The translations under genes were made by a program, and so were the position numbers. A model generated the notes under the pieces. It worked only from the letters and a program-made list of their open reading frames with translations, ran no database searches and was not told where the DNA came from. Shown here in pieces: positions 48,217-62,137 of a stretch of DNA of 64,000 nt (the stretch's first letter is position 1; every line of letters begins with the position of its first letter). Origin of the DNA: Basidiobolus meristosporus CBS 931.73 (lineage: Eukaryota; Fungi; Basidiobolomycota); NCBI GenBank assembly GCA_002104905.1, contig MCFE01000198.1:62001-126000 (forward strand), given 5' to 3'.

Positions 48217-50556
48217 TAGGCCCAAATAGTGGTGAGACTACCATCAGATTTCTGCTCTGATGCATTAAGATAGGCAGAAGACTCATGTTTATGAGAATTA
48301 GTGGCCAGGATGACTTGCTGGTAGTGAATTTCTGTATTGGCAATCCATCAAGTGCCAAGGCAAAGGTATGCTCATCCATACCTTCAAGGTAGCCCTTGTT
48401 TCTTAGCTGGCTGTGTTGTTTGCCATCAAATATTTCAGATATGATTGCACTTGATTGATACAGAGTGTGGTACTTTATAGCTTCACAATATTTGTTGGAC
48501 TGCATGGGCTTTTTTAGGTAGGGTATTACCAGTGTATATCCACAGTGTGAACAATGTTTTCCCTCAATGGTGGTGGATTCTTGACAAGTTGGACACCTGG
48601 CAACAATGGCATTTTCTGATGGAAATGCCATGCAATTGTTAACACATGCTGGTAACAGCATAGTCTCTGGGTCTCATGTAGCCAGCTGTATGATACTTGT
48701 CCATTCATACCATGTACATGACAAGTTGCATTCCAGGATGATTTTTGGCAAGGAGCAGTAGTGAATCCTCAAGGCCCCTATTGATATCAGTGGAAACACA
48801 CAACTTCTCTAGACACAACATTACATCATTTACCAGTAGCTGCATTACCAAGCTCACTTGACTCCATCAAGTATACTTGCCTTTTTTTTCCATTAGTGTT
48901 GTCATATTGTCTAATGAGATTTTGCCAGGCTCATGCAACTCAAAGGCATCACAAACTCACCTGACCTAATTTGTGCAAGGTGACAAGTACAGCCAGGTGC
49001 TGTTATTGGCGTATAAAGTGGCCAGCAAGATACTATTAGTACAGTAGTAACTGATGAATGGTCAAATATGACTTGTGTGGTAAAACACTGGCCTTGATCC
49101 TTGTAATACTTCCTATGCTGTCTATGTGCTTCATGGCTTAGTGGCTTGCTACAATAGCCATATGGGCTTTTTACTCTTCTCTTACAGTGTTAAATCAAAA
49201 TAGTCTTGGCCATGGGGCAAACACTTTGACACTCACCAACAAAATGCTATTATATCATTTTTTTGTCAACATTCATGTGAATTTAAGACAGTCTTGTACA
49301 TAGGACATTGTGCCTAGATAAATGTAAAATCCAATGATAACCCGCTATAGTAAGCTTTATAAATACAGTTGTGGCACTACATACACATGTATATATACTG
49401 CCATTTCCCCTTTATTTTGACCAACTTCCATATATATGCCATCAAAAATAATATAAAGTTGTCAAATTCCCAATGAAACCCCACTGCTGACAGTAGCATA
49501 AGAACAGTTGGTCAACAGCTTGCTTTGACATTCAATGCAATAAGCAGAGCTATAACCAAAAGTGACCCTGTGGACAGTGTTCCCACTGAAGGTGATAATG
49601 CAAACTCCTCAGGCTCTTAGTCAGGTTGGCAAATGGGAATTTTTGCAGAGCTGCTAGCTGACCATAATGCCAAGGCAGATATAAATGTAGCAAAGGCAGT
49701 GCCTTCAATTGAGGACCAGCATGTGGCCATCATAGCATCACCACCTCCTGTATTAGTAAGTATATTGTCAGCACATATCAAGGCCTCAATGAGGGAATTA
49801 AGTGCAGTGGCTGATAGGATGGATGCAATGACCCAGAGAGTTCAGGGAATAGTCCAGAAATAGGATGATCAGTCAAAAGGTGTAGAGTGCTCAATATATC
49901 AGGTAGAGAAGGCAGTATCTTTGCTGCAAAGAAGAAACTCAAGCAGCTCAGTGCCACAGCCAAAATTGAGCCATTTTGCAACATAACAGCAGTGGGAAGC
50001 TGCACAGCCTTGGCAGCACAACATCAGTGCCCAAAGATAAAGCCCACAGAAAAACATATTACAGCATGGCAGAGAGAAAATGTAGTGTATATACCAAAGC
50101 CTAAAAATCAAAAGACATTGTAGATCCATGAAGCCATTGAGTGCAATGATAAAGTGTGGGCTAATATGCATGATGCTGTTAAAAGTCTAGCATGCAAACA
50201 CCTTAAGGCCAGCAAACTATGGGACCAACTGAAACTCATGTCCAAGCAGAATATGCTTGACTTGTTTCATGAGCATTATCCTGGAATTAAACAAGTAAAC
50301 AAACTTTGGAACAGCATTGGTGTGCTAAGAAAGTAACTGAAGAATAGCAGAAACTATTAAAGGCAGAAGAACAATGGTGCAAAGGCTCAAGATCAGCAGT
50401 TTCCTCAATTGGTGCTGCAAGCCCAGAACAGACTGAATTCTGTCATAGCCGAGAAGAATTGCCAATAAGAAAACTGCTGTTCTCAACAGAGCTGGAAGCA
50501 CAGCCAGTAGACCTACACTCCAGTATTGTAGATGATATTGCATAGAAAGGCAATTT
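48217..50556 (-). mobile_element. CMC/En-Spm internal fragment copy 5 (transposase 5' half plus ORF2 5' part)
   Basis: ALALDGLPIQKFTTSKSSWPLILIN on the minus strand; ORF2 segment NMLDLFHEHYPGIKQ on the plus strand; more diverged than copies 1-3. Confidence 0.8.
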
Positions 50557-50924
50557 TGTTGTTATTTAAGAAGTGATCCGGATATAAGCAACCTATCAAG
50601 AAATAGTGATAGTAGTTAAACTGTTGCTTATTAATAAAGAAGCTCAGTATTTATACCTTTGTAGAAGTAATACAGCTGTAGCACTAAGCAAGGAGGGCTT
50701 CTCACTATTCAGGAGCATTCTGTAACTGTTTCAGGGTTGGTATATGATGTTTAATAATAGTGCTAATTTGATCCTGACTATAAAGAAATAATCATGAGAT
50801 CATAGATCTGATGAAAGTAGCAAAGTTAGACTGTAAGTTAGTCCCACATTGACCAAGACTAATCCAGAGTTGTTAAGTAAATTTTTAGCTGCAGAATGAT
50901 ACCAAATTGTCCAATATTTCAGCA
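50557..50924 (-). mobile_element. Inverted LTR of Copia family B
   Basis: Reverse complement aligns over its full length with 54436-54796. Confidence 0.8.
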
Positions 50925-53900
50925 AACACTACTTCTTGATAGGTTCCTTGTATCCATATCACTTGTTAAATTGCAACAGGTTATGGCCCCCAGTTGCCTT
51001 ATCAATTCCAAAAATGACTTCTACCAGCAAACAGAACAATACAAACATCTTCCCTGTAAAGGAGAAATTTGATGGAAAGAACTACAGACTTTGCAGAATA
51101 AAGATGCAGATCCACCTTGAGGAAAGAGAGCTTTAGGATATAGTAACAGGAAAAGAAGAAGAGCCCACAGCAGCAGCAGAAGAAGTGGAGAAGTTTCAAG
51201 AGAAGGAGAGAAAGGCTTTTAATGCTGTATTTATCAATATGCAAGATTCCTTCACTAGACAAATCTATGCTTTAAATACTGTCAAAGCAGTATGAGAATC
51301 CTTAGAGAAAATCTTTAGAGCCAAGTCAGTATCAAGCAAGCTTTATTTCAAGCAAAAGTTCTTCATCATGAGGGAGATGCCAGATGATGACTTGCTATAA
51401 CTCATTACTAGGACAGAGACACTTGCAAAAGAACTTTGCAGTATTAATGCTGGTGCGGATGATGAAGAAAAGACAATCTGCCTGCTTTGCAGCCTACCAG
51501 ACAAGTATGAGCCACTCATACTTTCTTTTGAAAGCAGATAAGACAATTGACTTAAGACTATGTCAAAGGAAGAATTCTCTATGAGGAACTCTGACAACAT
51601 GATCAAGCAGAGATAGCTAAAGACAATGCTTTATACAGTGCAGATGATGAAAACAGAAACTGGAGCAGGCAAACCACATAGCTGCTGATGAACAGTTATA
51701 TGTAACTGTAGAAGAGAGTGCAAGTAACCAAGGTAATGAAAGGTATCTTGACTCTGGAGCATCACAGTATATTTGTGGTATAAAGGGGTGGTTCTGTGAC
51801 CTAAAGACTATTCCGGTAAGAAATACTTATCTGGGAGACAATCCAGCACTGGAAGCTACCCCCAGTGGGTCTATACAACTAAATATGAGTGATATCCCAT
51901 GGACTACACCATCAAAACTAACTGGCATACTCTATATAACTGGAATAGCTAAAAACCTACACTAAGTCAGTAAATCAACTGCTCAGGGCCTGTAATTTGT
52001 ATTTAATAAGCTGAGCGGCTCAATATTGAGTGAAATTTGACAAAAATTAGATTTGGAAATCAGAGATCACAAAATATTCAAGTTACAATGCAAGATCATT
52101 GTGGCTGAGTATGCCAACACTGCTGAAACTGATGAAACTAACCGGGAAATGTGGCATAAGCTGCTAGGACACATTAGGGTAAAGAAAATGTGCCAGTTAG
52201 TGAAAAATCAGTTTGTTTGTGCCCAAATTACTCAATGGCAATCAAATTGAGTGCCTGTAAGGGATATTCATATGGCAAACAAGCTAGGTAACATTTTGAG
52301 ATCTCGGGAGGCATCAACATCACCAAGATATTTGCTATTGTACACTCAAACATATGTGGGCCAATGAGAAAACTGTCCCTTGGAGCTAACAGATGCTTTA
52401 TGAAAATTATTGATGACAAGCCAAGATATATGTGGGTGTGCTTCAACAAAACAAGGGATGAAGCTTTAGAGATGCTTAAACACTTCAAGAACATGGTAGA
52501 AACTTAAGCTGGGTGTAAATTGACAGTGCCCCAATGTGACAATTGAGGGGAATACTGAATCTGTTGCTACCACTGTATGCATCAAGAATAGATGCCCAAC
52601 AACAGCACTATGGGATTCTACACCCTTTGAAGCATATACTGGCAAAATACCTAACCTCCAGCACCTTAGGATCTTTGGCAGTGGTGTCTTTTATCTTATC
52701 CCTCACAAAAAATGCTCAAAGCTAGAGCCACAGAGTAGAAAAGGGATCATTCTTGGGTATTGTGATGGTACTCAAGTGTACAGAGTATATGATGGCAAAA
52801 TCCAGAAGCTGATCAAGAGCAGGGGCATTGTATCTGAGGAGAATTCTGATCAGAAAGCCACTAAAGTTATTGGCCATCTGCCTGATGTTGCAATAAACAC
52901 TAATGAAGAAGCAACATATATAATTCAGCCAAACACAGAAGAGAATTTGACCGGTTCCAGATCAGAGCATACAATCCCAGTTGGAAGATCTACCAGAATA
53001 AGAAATGCCCCTGGATCCAGATAGCAGACATCCATTGGTCATCAGGAAGCTTATCTTGCCTTATGTGCCAAACTGCAGAATCTGGAACAGGCAATGCAAA
53101 GTCCAGATACTACTATGTGGCTACAAACCATGCAGAAGGAGTACAAATCACTGATTATGGCAAAAATGTGGGAACTGGAAGATTTACTGAGTGGGATATA
53201 GACAATAGGATTTAAATTGGTTAACAATATTAAGATAACCTTAAAGGGTATTATTGATAAGTACAAGGCTAGATAGGTGGCTAACGGCTCTTCCCAGATC
53301 CAGGGACTAGATTTTACGAAAACACTTGCTCTGGTTGCCAAGGTTAACTCTATTAGGACAGTCTCAGCCCTGGCAGCTGTATACAGTCTAGATCTGCACC
53401 AAATGGACATCAAAACAGCCTTTCTAAATGGGGATTTGCAAGAAGCTATATATATGGAGCAAACAGAAGGCTTTTCCAATCCCAAAAGCCCCCATGTGGT
53501 GTGCATACTTAGGAGATCATTGTATGTGGTCAGGCAGGCACCTAGAGCATGGTATAACAAGATTGTCACATCTTTAGAGAGAATTGGATTCATTTTTGCT
53601 CTGCAGATCACAATATATATGTGAGGCAGCTCAAAAGGGTTTGATCATCCTAGTTCTTCATGTGCACTACCTTATAATAGCTACAAGTGACCAGGGGGCA
53701 CTTGAACAGACAAAATCAGATCTCCTCAGCAAGTTTGAGATGAAAGATCTTAGAAAACTAAGCTATATCTTTGAATTGAAGTCAACTTTGACATACCTAC
53801 ATAGAAAACTGTGCTGAATCAGTCTAAGTACACCAGGGACATTCTTAGGTGCTTAAAAGTGGAAAATTGCAAATCTGCAGCTATAACTATGGACAATATT

Positions 53901-54796
53901 CTGAAATTGCGCAAATCTTAGCCAGTTTTAGATGAAAATGGCTCAAATATTGACCAAAACTTTCCCTATCAGTCAATAGTTGGTAGCCTTATCCATGTGA
54001 TGGTGTCTACATGCCCAGATATTATATTGGCAGTTGGAATAGGCAGTTGGTTCATGCGGAATTATGGATCAGGATAAATTACCATAGTTAAGTGGATTTC
54101 AGATATCCACAGGTATCATAAATAAGGTACTGGAATACTCTGGAGCAGCTACTAAGCAAAGACTTAGGCTCCAACTCAGCTGAACCAACATGTATTTACA
54201 AAGATAATCAAAGTTGTATTTTGTTAGCTAAGAATCCTACTAATCATGCCAGAGCTAAGCATATAGATATACAACACCACTTTGTGAGGGAAGCTGTAGA
54301 GAATAGCTTGGCAGAGCTAGTTTACTGTCCAGCTGAAAAAATGGTGGCAGATATATTGACAAAGCCACTGGCTAAATCACAACTTGAGAATCTCACAGAG
54401 GAATTAGGATTAAGAAATTATCAGCTGAGGGAAAGTGTAAGAATATTAGACTATTTGGTATTAATCAGCAGCTAAAAGTTTACGTAATAACTCTAGACTA
54501 GTCTTGATCACTGTAGGGCTACTTTACAGCCCTAACTTTGGCAGTTTATTCAGATCTATGAGCCTATTACTATTTCCCTCTAGTCAAGATCAAATCAACA
54601 CCTTTTACCAAACATTATGTACAAATTGTGAAACTGTTACAGATTGCTCCTGAATGTTGAGAAACCCTCCTTACTTAGTGGTACAGCAGTATTACTTTGA
54701 CAAAAGTATTAACACTGAGTCTCTTTATGAATAAACAGGAGTTCAACTATTTCTTGATAAGTTCCCTATATCCAAATCACTTCATAAATTGCAACA
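50925..54796 (+). mobile_element. Ty1/Copia family B element, decayed (5' LTR remnant 50925-50978, 3' LTR 54436-54796)
   Basis: PBS GGTTATGGCCCC at 50979; gag KFDGKNY; protease LDSGASQY; integrase; RT HQMDIKTAFLNG; RNase H KHIDIQHHFVRE; PPT-like GAGGGAAAG. Confidence 0.88.
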
Positions 54797-55576
54797 GAAG
54801 TGTGGTCTAATATCTAGGAGGGTATAAGATGTCTAGCATTCCAACACCTTAAGATCAGTGGACCATAGGACCATCAGGAACTCCCTGCCAAGCTGAATGT
54901 GCTTGACCTGTTCCATGAGCATTAATCTGGACTCAAGCAAGTAAACATAATTTGGTCCAGGATTGGTATACTAAGAAATTATCTCAAGAATAGCAGAAAC
55001 TATCAAAGGCAGAACTACAGGGGTACCATGGCTAAAAACAGCATCTTTCTCAAGAGCCTATTACAAGCAGGGACAAAAGCTTTAAGCTAGTGGCAATGAT
55101 GTGTAAGGTAGACAGAAAAGTGCCAGTAAGGGACAAGCAGGCTGACATGGATGCACCAGCACAACATTTATGAATCAAAGAATGTAGTTCCATTGGAGAA
55201 ACAGTCAGTCAAAGTAGTGGTGAAGGACCTGACAGTTATAAAAAGTAGCAACTACCTTAGAAGCCTCTCAAAACCAGGGCTGGATGCTCAACACAGGCAG
55301 CAAAGAATTGTCAGGTTTACATGAGGGTACCCATAAGGGACAAGCTGGCAGAAGCAGATGCACTACAGCAGCATTTATCAAGAAGAAAACCAGGGTCAGC
55401 ACACAAAGCACTCAGCAAAGTAGCAGTGAGAGACCAGGTAGGGATAAAGGAAAAGACAGAGGGAGAAAAGTCTGCCCAAGCCAGCAACAGGGAAGTGTGA
55501 GCAAAATTCTACAGTTCCTGCTAGTTAATATTCTAATCCTGGAACATGCTTAATCCCATAATAGCCTAGATGAATT
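54797..55576 (+). mobile_element. CMC ORF2 fragment copy 6
   Basis: Aligns with 32100-32880 (GACCATCAGGAACTC, GACCTGTTCCATGAGCATT, AGTAGCAGTGA). Confidence 0.75.
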
Positions 55577-57110
55577 TGTTCTGACCTACTGCTTGAATGT
55601 TTAAGAAAGATCATTTCTTAGTCAAACCAATTAGTTATATGCTTGCCTATCAGTATACCAGTGTTATCTATCAGATCAGCAGCATTAGTCAGCAAATGAA
55701 TCTGCAGATCCTTATCAGACAGGAATAGATATATTAAGTATATTCTTATTGGGTGATGATGATGCAATCAAATGAGTCATCAATCACAACCTACATTAGG
55801 AAATATAACTTGTCAGCAATTGATCTGGCAAAATGTATATAAGGAGCTGCTGGAATCTCAATACAGATTAGTTCAAGCTTTAGCAAATACAATACTAGCT
55901 AAGCTGCCTATTCCTCTACAACTCTTATACCAAGACTTGTAACATTGGTAGCAGCAATAATCAGAAACCTCCCTCCTAAAGAAAGAAGAAACCCCCATCA
56001 ACATGTCTGAAAGTCAAGAATGGAAGAATGCTATGCAGCAAATCCTGGCCTAATAGCAACAGTGACTCCAGATCCTTAGCCAGCAGCAACAAGGAATGAC
56101 TACCATGGCCCAAAGCCAGCAAAACCCTGTCAAGAGCAACTTTAGTGTGAAGGTCAACTGGTACCATGATAGAGTCAATGAAAACTTGGGAACTTGGCTC
56201 TTCCAGATTGAAGAGGCTTTCAAGGCAAAGCAAGTTATATTATGCGGCCTCTTACCTGACAGATGCAGCTTTACAGTGGTACCACAACAAGCTCAGGTCA
56301 GCCACCATGATAGGATGCTCTAAAACCTCTATGTGCAATGAATTTGTGTTGGGAATTCAGGATGCTTTTGAACCTCTACACCAGCAGACACTACTAAGAA
56401 GAAAGTTGAAGACACGCAGACTGAAAGGAATGGCACATGAGTACATCTATGACTATAGATGTCTACATGGACAAATTGAATGAATGGACCCCCTGGATCA
56501 AGTGGAATGCTTCATTGATGGGTTGAAAGAAAGAACTTGTAAGGAAGTGAATTATCATAGACCCCAGACTATTGAAGAAGCTATCAAGATTGCCATTGAC
56601 TCTGACTCAGCTATGTTTGGAGTTGGGAATCCCACAATGACAAATCAGAGAGGTTACAATTATTATGAAAGAAGACAATCAGAAGCAGCGCCAATGGAAA
56701 TAGATGCTATGAAGAAGAATCCTACCTCAGAAGTATGTAAGAAGAAAGGACTTTGCTTCAATTACCACCAGCAGGACATATTGCAAAGTACTGCCCTCAG
56801 AGAAGAAATGGACATTAGCCATCAAGAAGCTTCAACCATATTGAAGCCCATGAGCATAGTAACATGGAGGATGAACTTGAAGATGACTCAGAACTCACCT
56901 TCCATATTACAGAAGAATACCTATCCCAGATGACCTCAAACTCAGGAAAGCTATTATATTTGAATGGAGTAATCAATGGAGTACCTGCCAAGACCATGAT
57001 TGACTCAGGAGCAGTGCATGAGTACATGTCAGAGCAATTTGCTTTGAAAGCTGGAATCCACTTGGAACCCACCAAATCAACCTCAGTCTCAACAGCTGAT
57101 GGGAACTCTC

Positions 57111-60100
57111 TGTTGTAAAAATTTGTAATTCCACCTAAATATTCACCTAACTTAGTCACTTAGATCAATACCTTTGAATCCTACAGAATACTAACCAGAT
57201 TCCTTGTTAAAACTTACTTGAATATTTTCACAAAATACCAGATACCTAGAACATGAAAGTTCTCAAAGTTGTCCAAGTAGCCCCAAACTTTGCACAAATG
57301 CTCTTGAGACCTTCCTTGACCTATTTTACATGTTTGTTATGCCAAGACCATGTAAAAGAATAAATACTACTTTTATATTCAATGAATCATCAAGTGAAAA
57401 CTGTTGTAAAAACTTGTATTTCCACCTAAATATTCACCCAACTTTGTCACTTAGATCATCACCTTCAAATCCTAGAGAATACTGACCAAATTCCTTGTCA
57501 GGATTTACTTAGAATATTTTCACCAAAATGCCAGGTATCCAGAATATGAAATTCTCAAAGTTGTCCAAACAGCCCCAAACCTTGCACACATGTTCTTGGG
57601 ACCTTCCTTAACCTATCCTACATGTTTTTAATGCTAAGACCAGGTAAAAGTATAAATACTACTTTTACATTCAATAAATCATTAAGTGAAAACCACATAA
57701 TCTACTTGTCCTCCCAATCACTTCCAATATCTCCAAGACTCTTAAAACAAAAACCACATAATCTACTTGTCCTCCAAATCACTTCCAATATCTCTAAGAC
57801 TCTTACAACAGGTTATAAGCCCCAAGATGTCACTCTCTGCAATGTCTACAACTGCTATTACTGGATATCATCCCTCTGCTGAAAAGTTGGATGGATCTAA
57901 CTACCATGTGTGGAAGGTGATGATGATGATGCTGCTACAAGAAAGAGGCCTTTGGGATATTGTCATGGGAGAAGAATGCTCTCTTAGAAATGTGGGAGAG
58001 GAAGCATTAACGTACCAGAAGAAAGAACAAAGTGCCTTTAACTGCATTTGCCTTAATGTTAAGGACAAATTGCTAATTCAATACTCAAGAGCAAAAACGG
58101 CAAAGAATGCCTGGAAGGCATTAGAAGACACCTATCAGTCATGTTCAGCTGCTAAGAAAATATATCTGAGACAAAAATTCCTTACCACAAAGATGCTGCC
58201 AGGAGAAGAAATGAAAAATCTAATTAACTGAAATACCTTGCTTGTAGATAAATGGAATTGGTGGTTGTACCAATTACTGATGAGGATGTGTTAGTTACCA
58301 TCATGAATAGCCTGACAGACAAGTTCAGGGCCTTGTATCAGCCCTGAAGTCCAGAACTGAAGATTTGACCTTTAACTACATACATGTAAGGCTCCAGGAT
58401 GAAGAATTGAGAAAATCAAGTGCCAATAAGAGGGAAGTAGTAAATGATTTAATAAGCAATGATAACAAAGCAAAGGAGGTACCCAAGACCCTAAAAAGGC
58501 AACAGCTACCTGTTTTGCAACTACTGCACAAGGAAAGGACACATATCAGACTGGTGTCTCAAAAAGAGAGATAACCAGCAAAAGAAGCCTGAATATGGAA
58601 ATGCTGCAACAACTGAAGATAGACTATTCATATCTGCACTAAATATGACCATGAACAAGGATTCTAAGGTATGGTAAATTCACTCTGGATCATCTCAACA
58701 CTTTGAACACCAAAAAAATATTTACCCACTATCAAGAAATTCCAATCAAGAAAGTTCTCATAGGTGACAATAGAACACTTGATGCAGTGGGAGAAGGAAC
58801 TATCTAAGTGAACCTAAGAAGCAGTGAAGGAAGCCATACACTGACATTTAAAGAGGTACTTTATGTATGAGAAATAGCCAAGAACCTACTATCTGTAAGC
58901 AAGGCCACAGCAGAAGGAATCAGTTTTAGCTTTGACACTTCTGGATGCAAGATCACTGATCAAAATGGTGCCAATATTTCTCCCGGTAGCAGAGATCAGA
59001 ATCTAAACAAGTTGACTTATATTCCACCATATTTGGAAGCCAATATAAGTAACTTAAATGAAGAAACATCAATGCTTTTGCCAGGCAATTTGGGCACATA
59101 AATTTTAATTATTTGCCCAAAATGATCAAAGATCCGCTAATTTCTGGAGTAAAAGTTAATCCCCTAGCTAATTTAGAGCACTCTGAAGCCTGCATATTTG
59201 GGAAACAAGTTAAACAACCATTCAAGAGCACTAGGCTAGTCAAAACTAAGAATAAATTAGATCAAATTCATTCAGATCTGTGTGGAACTATGCAAAATTT
59301 ATCCTTAGGTGGGATGAAGTATTTAATACCTTTAGTGATGATTATACAGGATACACATGGATCTACTTCATGGAGAGCAAGGAAGAAGCTCTGTTCAAGC
59401 TCAGGGAGCTTAAAGCCATGGTTACAAGAGCAAATGGTGAAAAAATCAAGAAAATATGCTCTGACAATGGTGGAGAATATACCTCAAACTCTTCATCCAC
59501 TTCAGCAAAATTCATGGGATAATGCAAGAGACTACTGTGCCATACTCCCCACAGCAAAATGGAGTAGCAGAACATGCAAACAGAGCAAGAATTGATATGG
59601 CAAGATCAAAGATCTATGATCAAAAATTATCCTATGATTTTTGGGTGGAATTAGGTGCCACTGCTGTATTCCGTAAATATAGGAGTAATAACAGAATACA
59701 TTGTGATTTTACTTCATTTGAAGCATGGTAGGGGTAAAAAGCAAGTGCAGAACATCTAATAATATTTGGGTGTACAGCATATGTCAAGAAACTGCCTAGA
59801 TATTGGCCAAATTTGAGCCAAAAAGTGTAAAATGCATACTTTTGGGTTACTGCAATGAGAGTAAAGCATACAGACTCTACAATACCAGAGCAAAGAAGCT
59901 AATCAAGTCCAGTGATGTGTTGTTTGATGAAAATTCAAAATTTTCACAAAAAATGACATCAGATGATGACAAAAATCTGATATCAAGTCCACCAGTTGTC
60001 AGGATTGAATCAGAGCAAAACAATGTCAATTTTTTCCCTCCAGAGGACTCTACAACTGTGGTTCAGCCTGAATCAGAGCCTAGGAATATCCCAGAAGTGA

Positions 60101-62137
60101 TCATTCCAGTATCAAATGCCCAGAGATCCAATTGGACAAGAAATAACCCAATTTACTACATCAATGAGGGTTCAAATTTAGACTATGCCTATTCAGTCCA
60201 TATTAATGAGCCCCAGACTGTAAAAGAGGTCCTAAATAGCCCTCAGACAAAGTCTTGGAGATCTGCAATGACTGAGAAATATCACGCCCTGATGGAAAAT
60301 CAAACTTGGGACTTAGTCAAGTTACCAAGCATCCAAAAATCAACTAGATGCTGATGTGCCTTCAAGACAAAATACAAGGCTGATGGTACAATTGAAAGAT
60401 ACAAAGTAAGACTTGTGGCCAACAGATACTCTCAAACAAAAGGACTAGACTATACTGAGACCTTTGCACTGGTAGCCAAGTTTAATTCCATCAGATTAAT
60501 ATTTGCTATTGCAGCCAAATATAAGTTTTTATTCATTGAATGAATGTAAAAACTGCATTTTTGAATGGAGAACTTGATGAGGATGTGAATATGAACCAGC
60601 CTGATGGCTTTATTGACCAGGATAACCCCCATTTGGTCTGAAAGTATAAAAAGTCTCTATATGGTTTTAAGCAATACCTAAGAGCCTGGAATTGCAAGAT
60701 AGATTCTTATTTGGAATCTCACAGTGTCAAGAGGAGTAATGCTGACTATAGTATATACTATAAGCCAGATAGAGCAAATCCAGTTCCATTAGCTCTATAT
60801 GTGAATGATCTTATCATGGCCACCAATAACCTAGAAACTTAGGAAGAGACTAAATCCAGCCTATCTAAGGAGCTCAACATGTCCAATTTAGGATAACTCA
60901 GTTACTACATAGGGATTAAGTTCTCCATAGACAGAAATACCCAGGCTATTACCCTAAGCCAATCCAATTTTACTCAAGATATACTAAAGAGTACCAAATC
61001 AAAGACTGTAAATGGCTGCTACCCCAATGGAGACAAACCTTAACTTGGTCAAAACTCAACCCAAATCAAGAGAGCTTGGTGCCATCTGAAAGCCCTGACT
61101 TTCCTTATCAATCCATGGTTGGCAGTCTGATGTATATCATGCTTGGAACATGTCCAGATATCTCATATCAGTGGGAGTTGTCAGCCAACATAATCTGAAC
61201 TATGGATCTGATCATATTGCAGCAGTTAAGCAGATGTCTAGATACCTAAAAGGAACTGCGGATATCTGCTTAAGATACACTTATAAGGTTTCAGAACAGG
61301 ACCTTGTGGGATACTCTGATGCTGATTGGGAACAAAATTTGGAAGACAGAAGATCCACCACAGGATACACCTTTCTTTACTGCCAAGGAGCAATTTCATG
61401 GAACTCAAGAAAGCAACCAACCATAGCACTTTCTGCCACAGCAGCAGAGTAAATGGCAGCCTGTGAAGCTACAAAAAAAGCATTGTGGCTAAGAAAGCAT
61501 TTTATAGACTTAGGCCTATGTCAAAAAACACCTGTTACTTTGTATCAAGATAATCAAGGATATTTACAATTAGGTAGAAATCCAACTTTTCATGCTAGAA
61601 CTAAGCACATAGATATTAGATATCACTTCATACTTGAAGCTAAAGAGAGTAACTTAGTCAGCTTAGTTTACTGTCCTTCAGACAAAATGATTGCTGACAT
61701 ATTTACTAAGCAATTAGCTAGAGACAAGATTGAATATCTTAGGTGAAAATTAGGACTAGTCAGTATGAACATTTAGCTGAGTGGGAGTGTTGTCAAAAGC
61801 TGTAAATGCACCTAAATATTCAGCTAACTTAGTCATTTAGAGCATTACCTTCAAATCCTAGAGAATACTAACCAGATTCCTTGCTGGGATTTACTTAGAA
61901 TATTGTCACCAAAATACCAGGTACCTAGAACATGAGAATTTTCAAAGTTGTCCAAACAGCCCCAAACGTTGCACACATGTTCTTGAGACCTTCCTTAAGC
62001 TATTCTACCTTTTTGTTATGCCAAGACCATGTAAAAGTATAAATACTACTTTTACATTCAATAAATCATTAAGTGAAAAACCACATAATCTACTTGTCCT
62101 CCATATTGCTTCCAATATCTTGAAGACTCTTACAACA
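57111..62137 (+). mobile_element. Ty1/Copia family A element A4, full length but decayed, inside the Gypsy protease region
   Basis: 5' LTR 57111-57810 (interrupted), PBS GGTTATAAGCCC at 57811, gag-pol fragments, PPT-like TGAGTGGGAG, 3' LTR 61788-62137. Flanks CTCTC and TTCTG match only partly. Confidence 0.9.
57402..57749 (+). mobile_element. Solo family A LTR inserted into the 5' LTR of A4
   Basis: TGTTG...AAAACA flanked by a perfect TSD AAAAC (57397-57401 and 57750-57754); removal restores a ~347-bp LTR. Confidence 0.88.

Noticed and set aside
56481-56486. Stop immediately followed by ATG (also 29462/29463 and 63299/63300) as programmed readthrough or reinitiation
   Set aside because: These elements carry many other stops and frameshifts, so point-mutation decay explains them.
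18672-62137. Recurring ~345-bp repeats as a CRISPR-like or satellite array
   Set aside because: They are TG...CA LTRs with PBS, PPT and TSDs.
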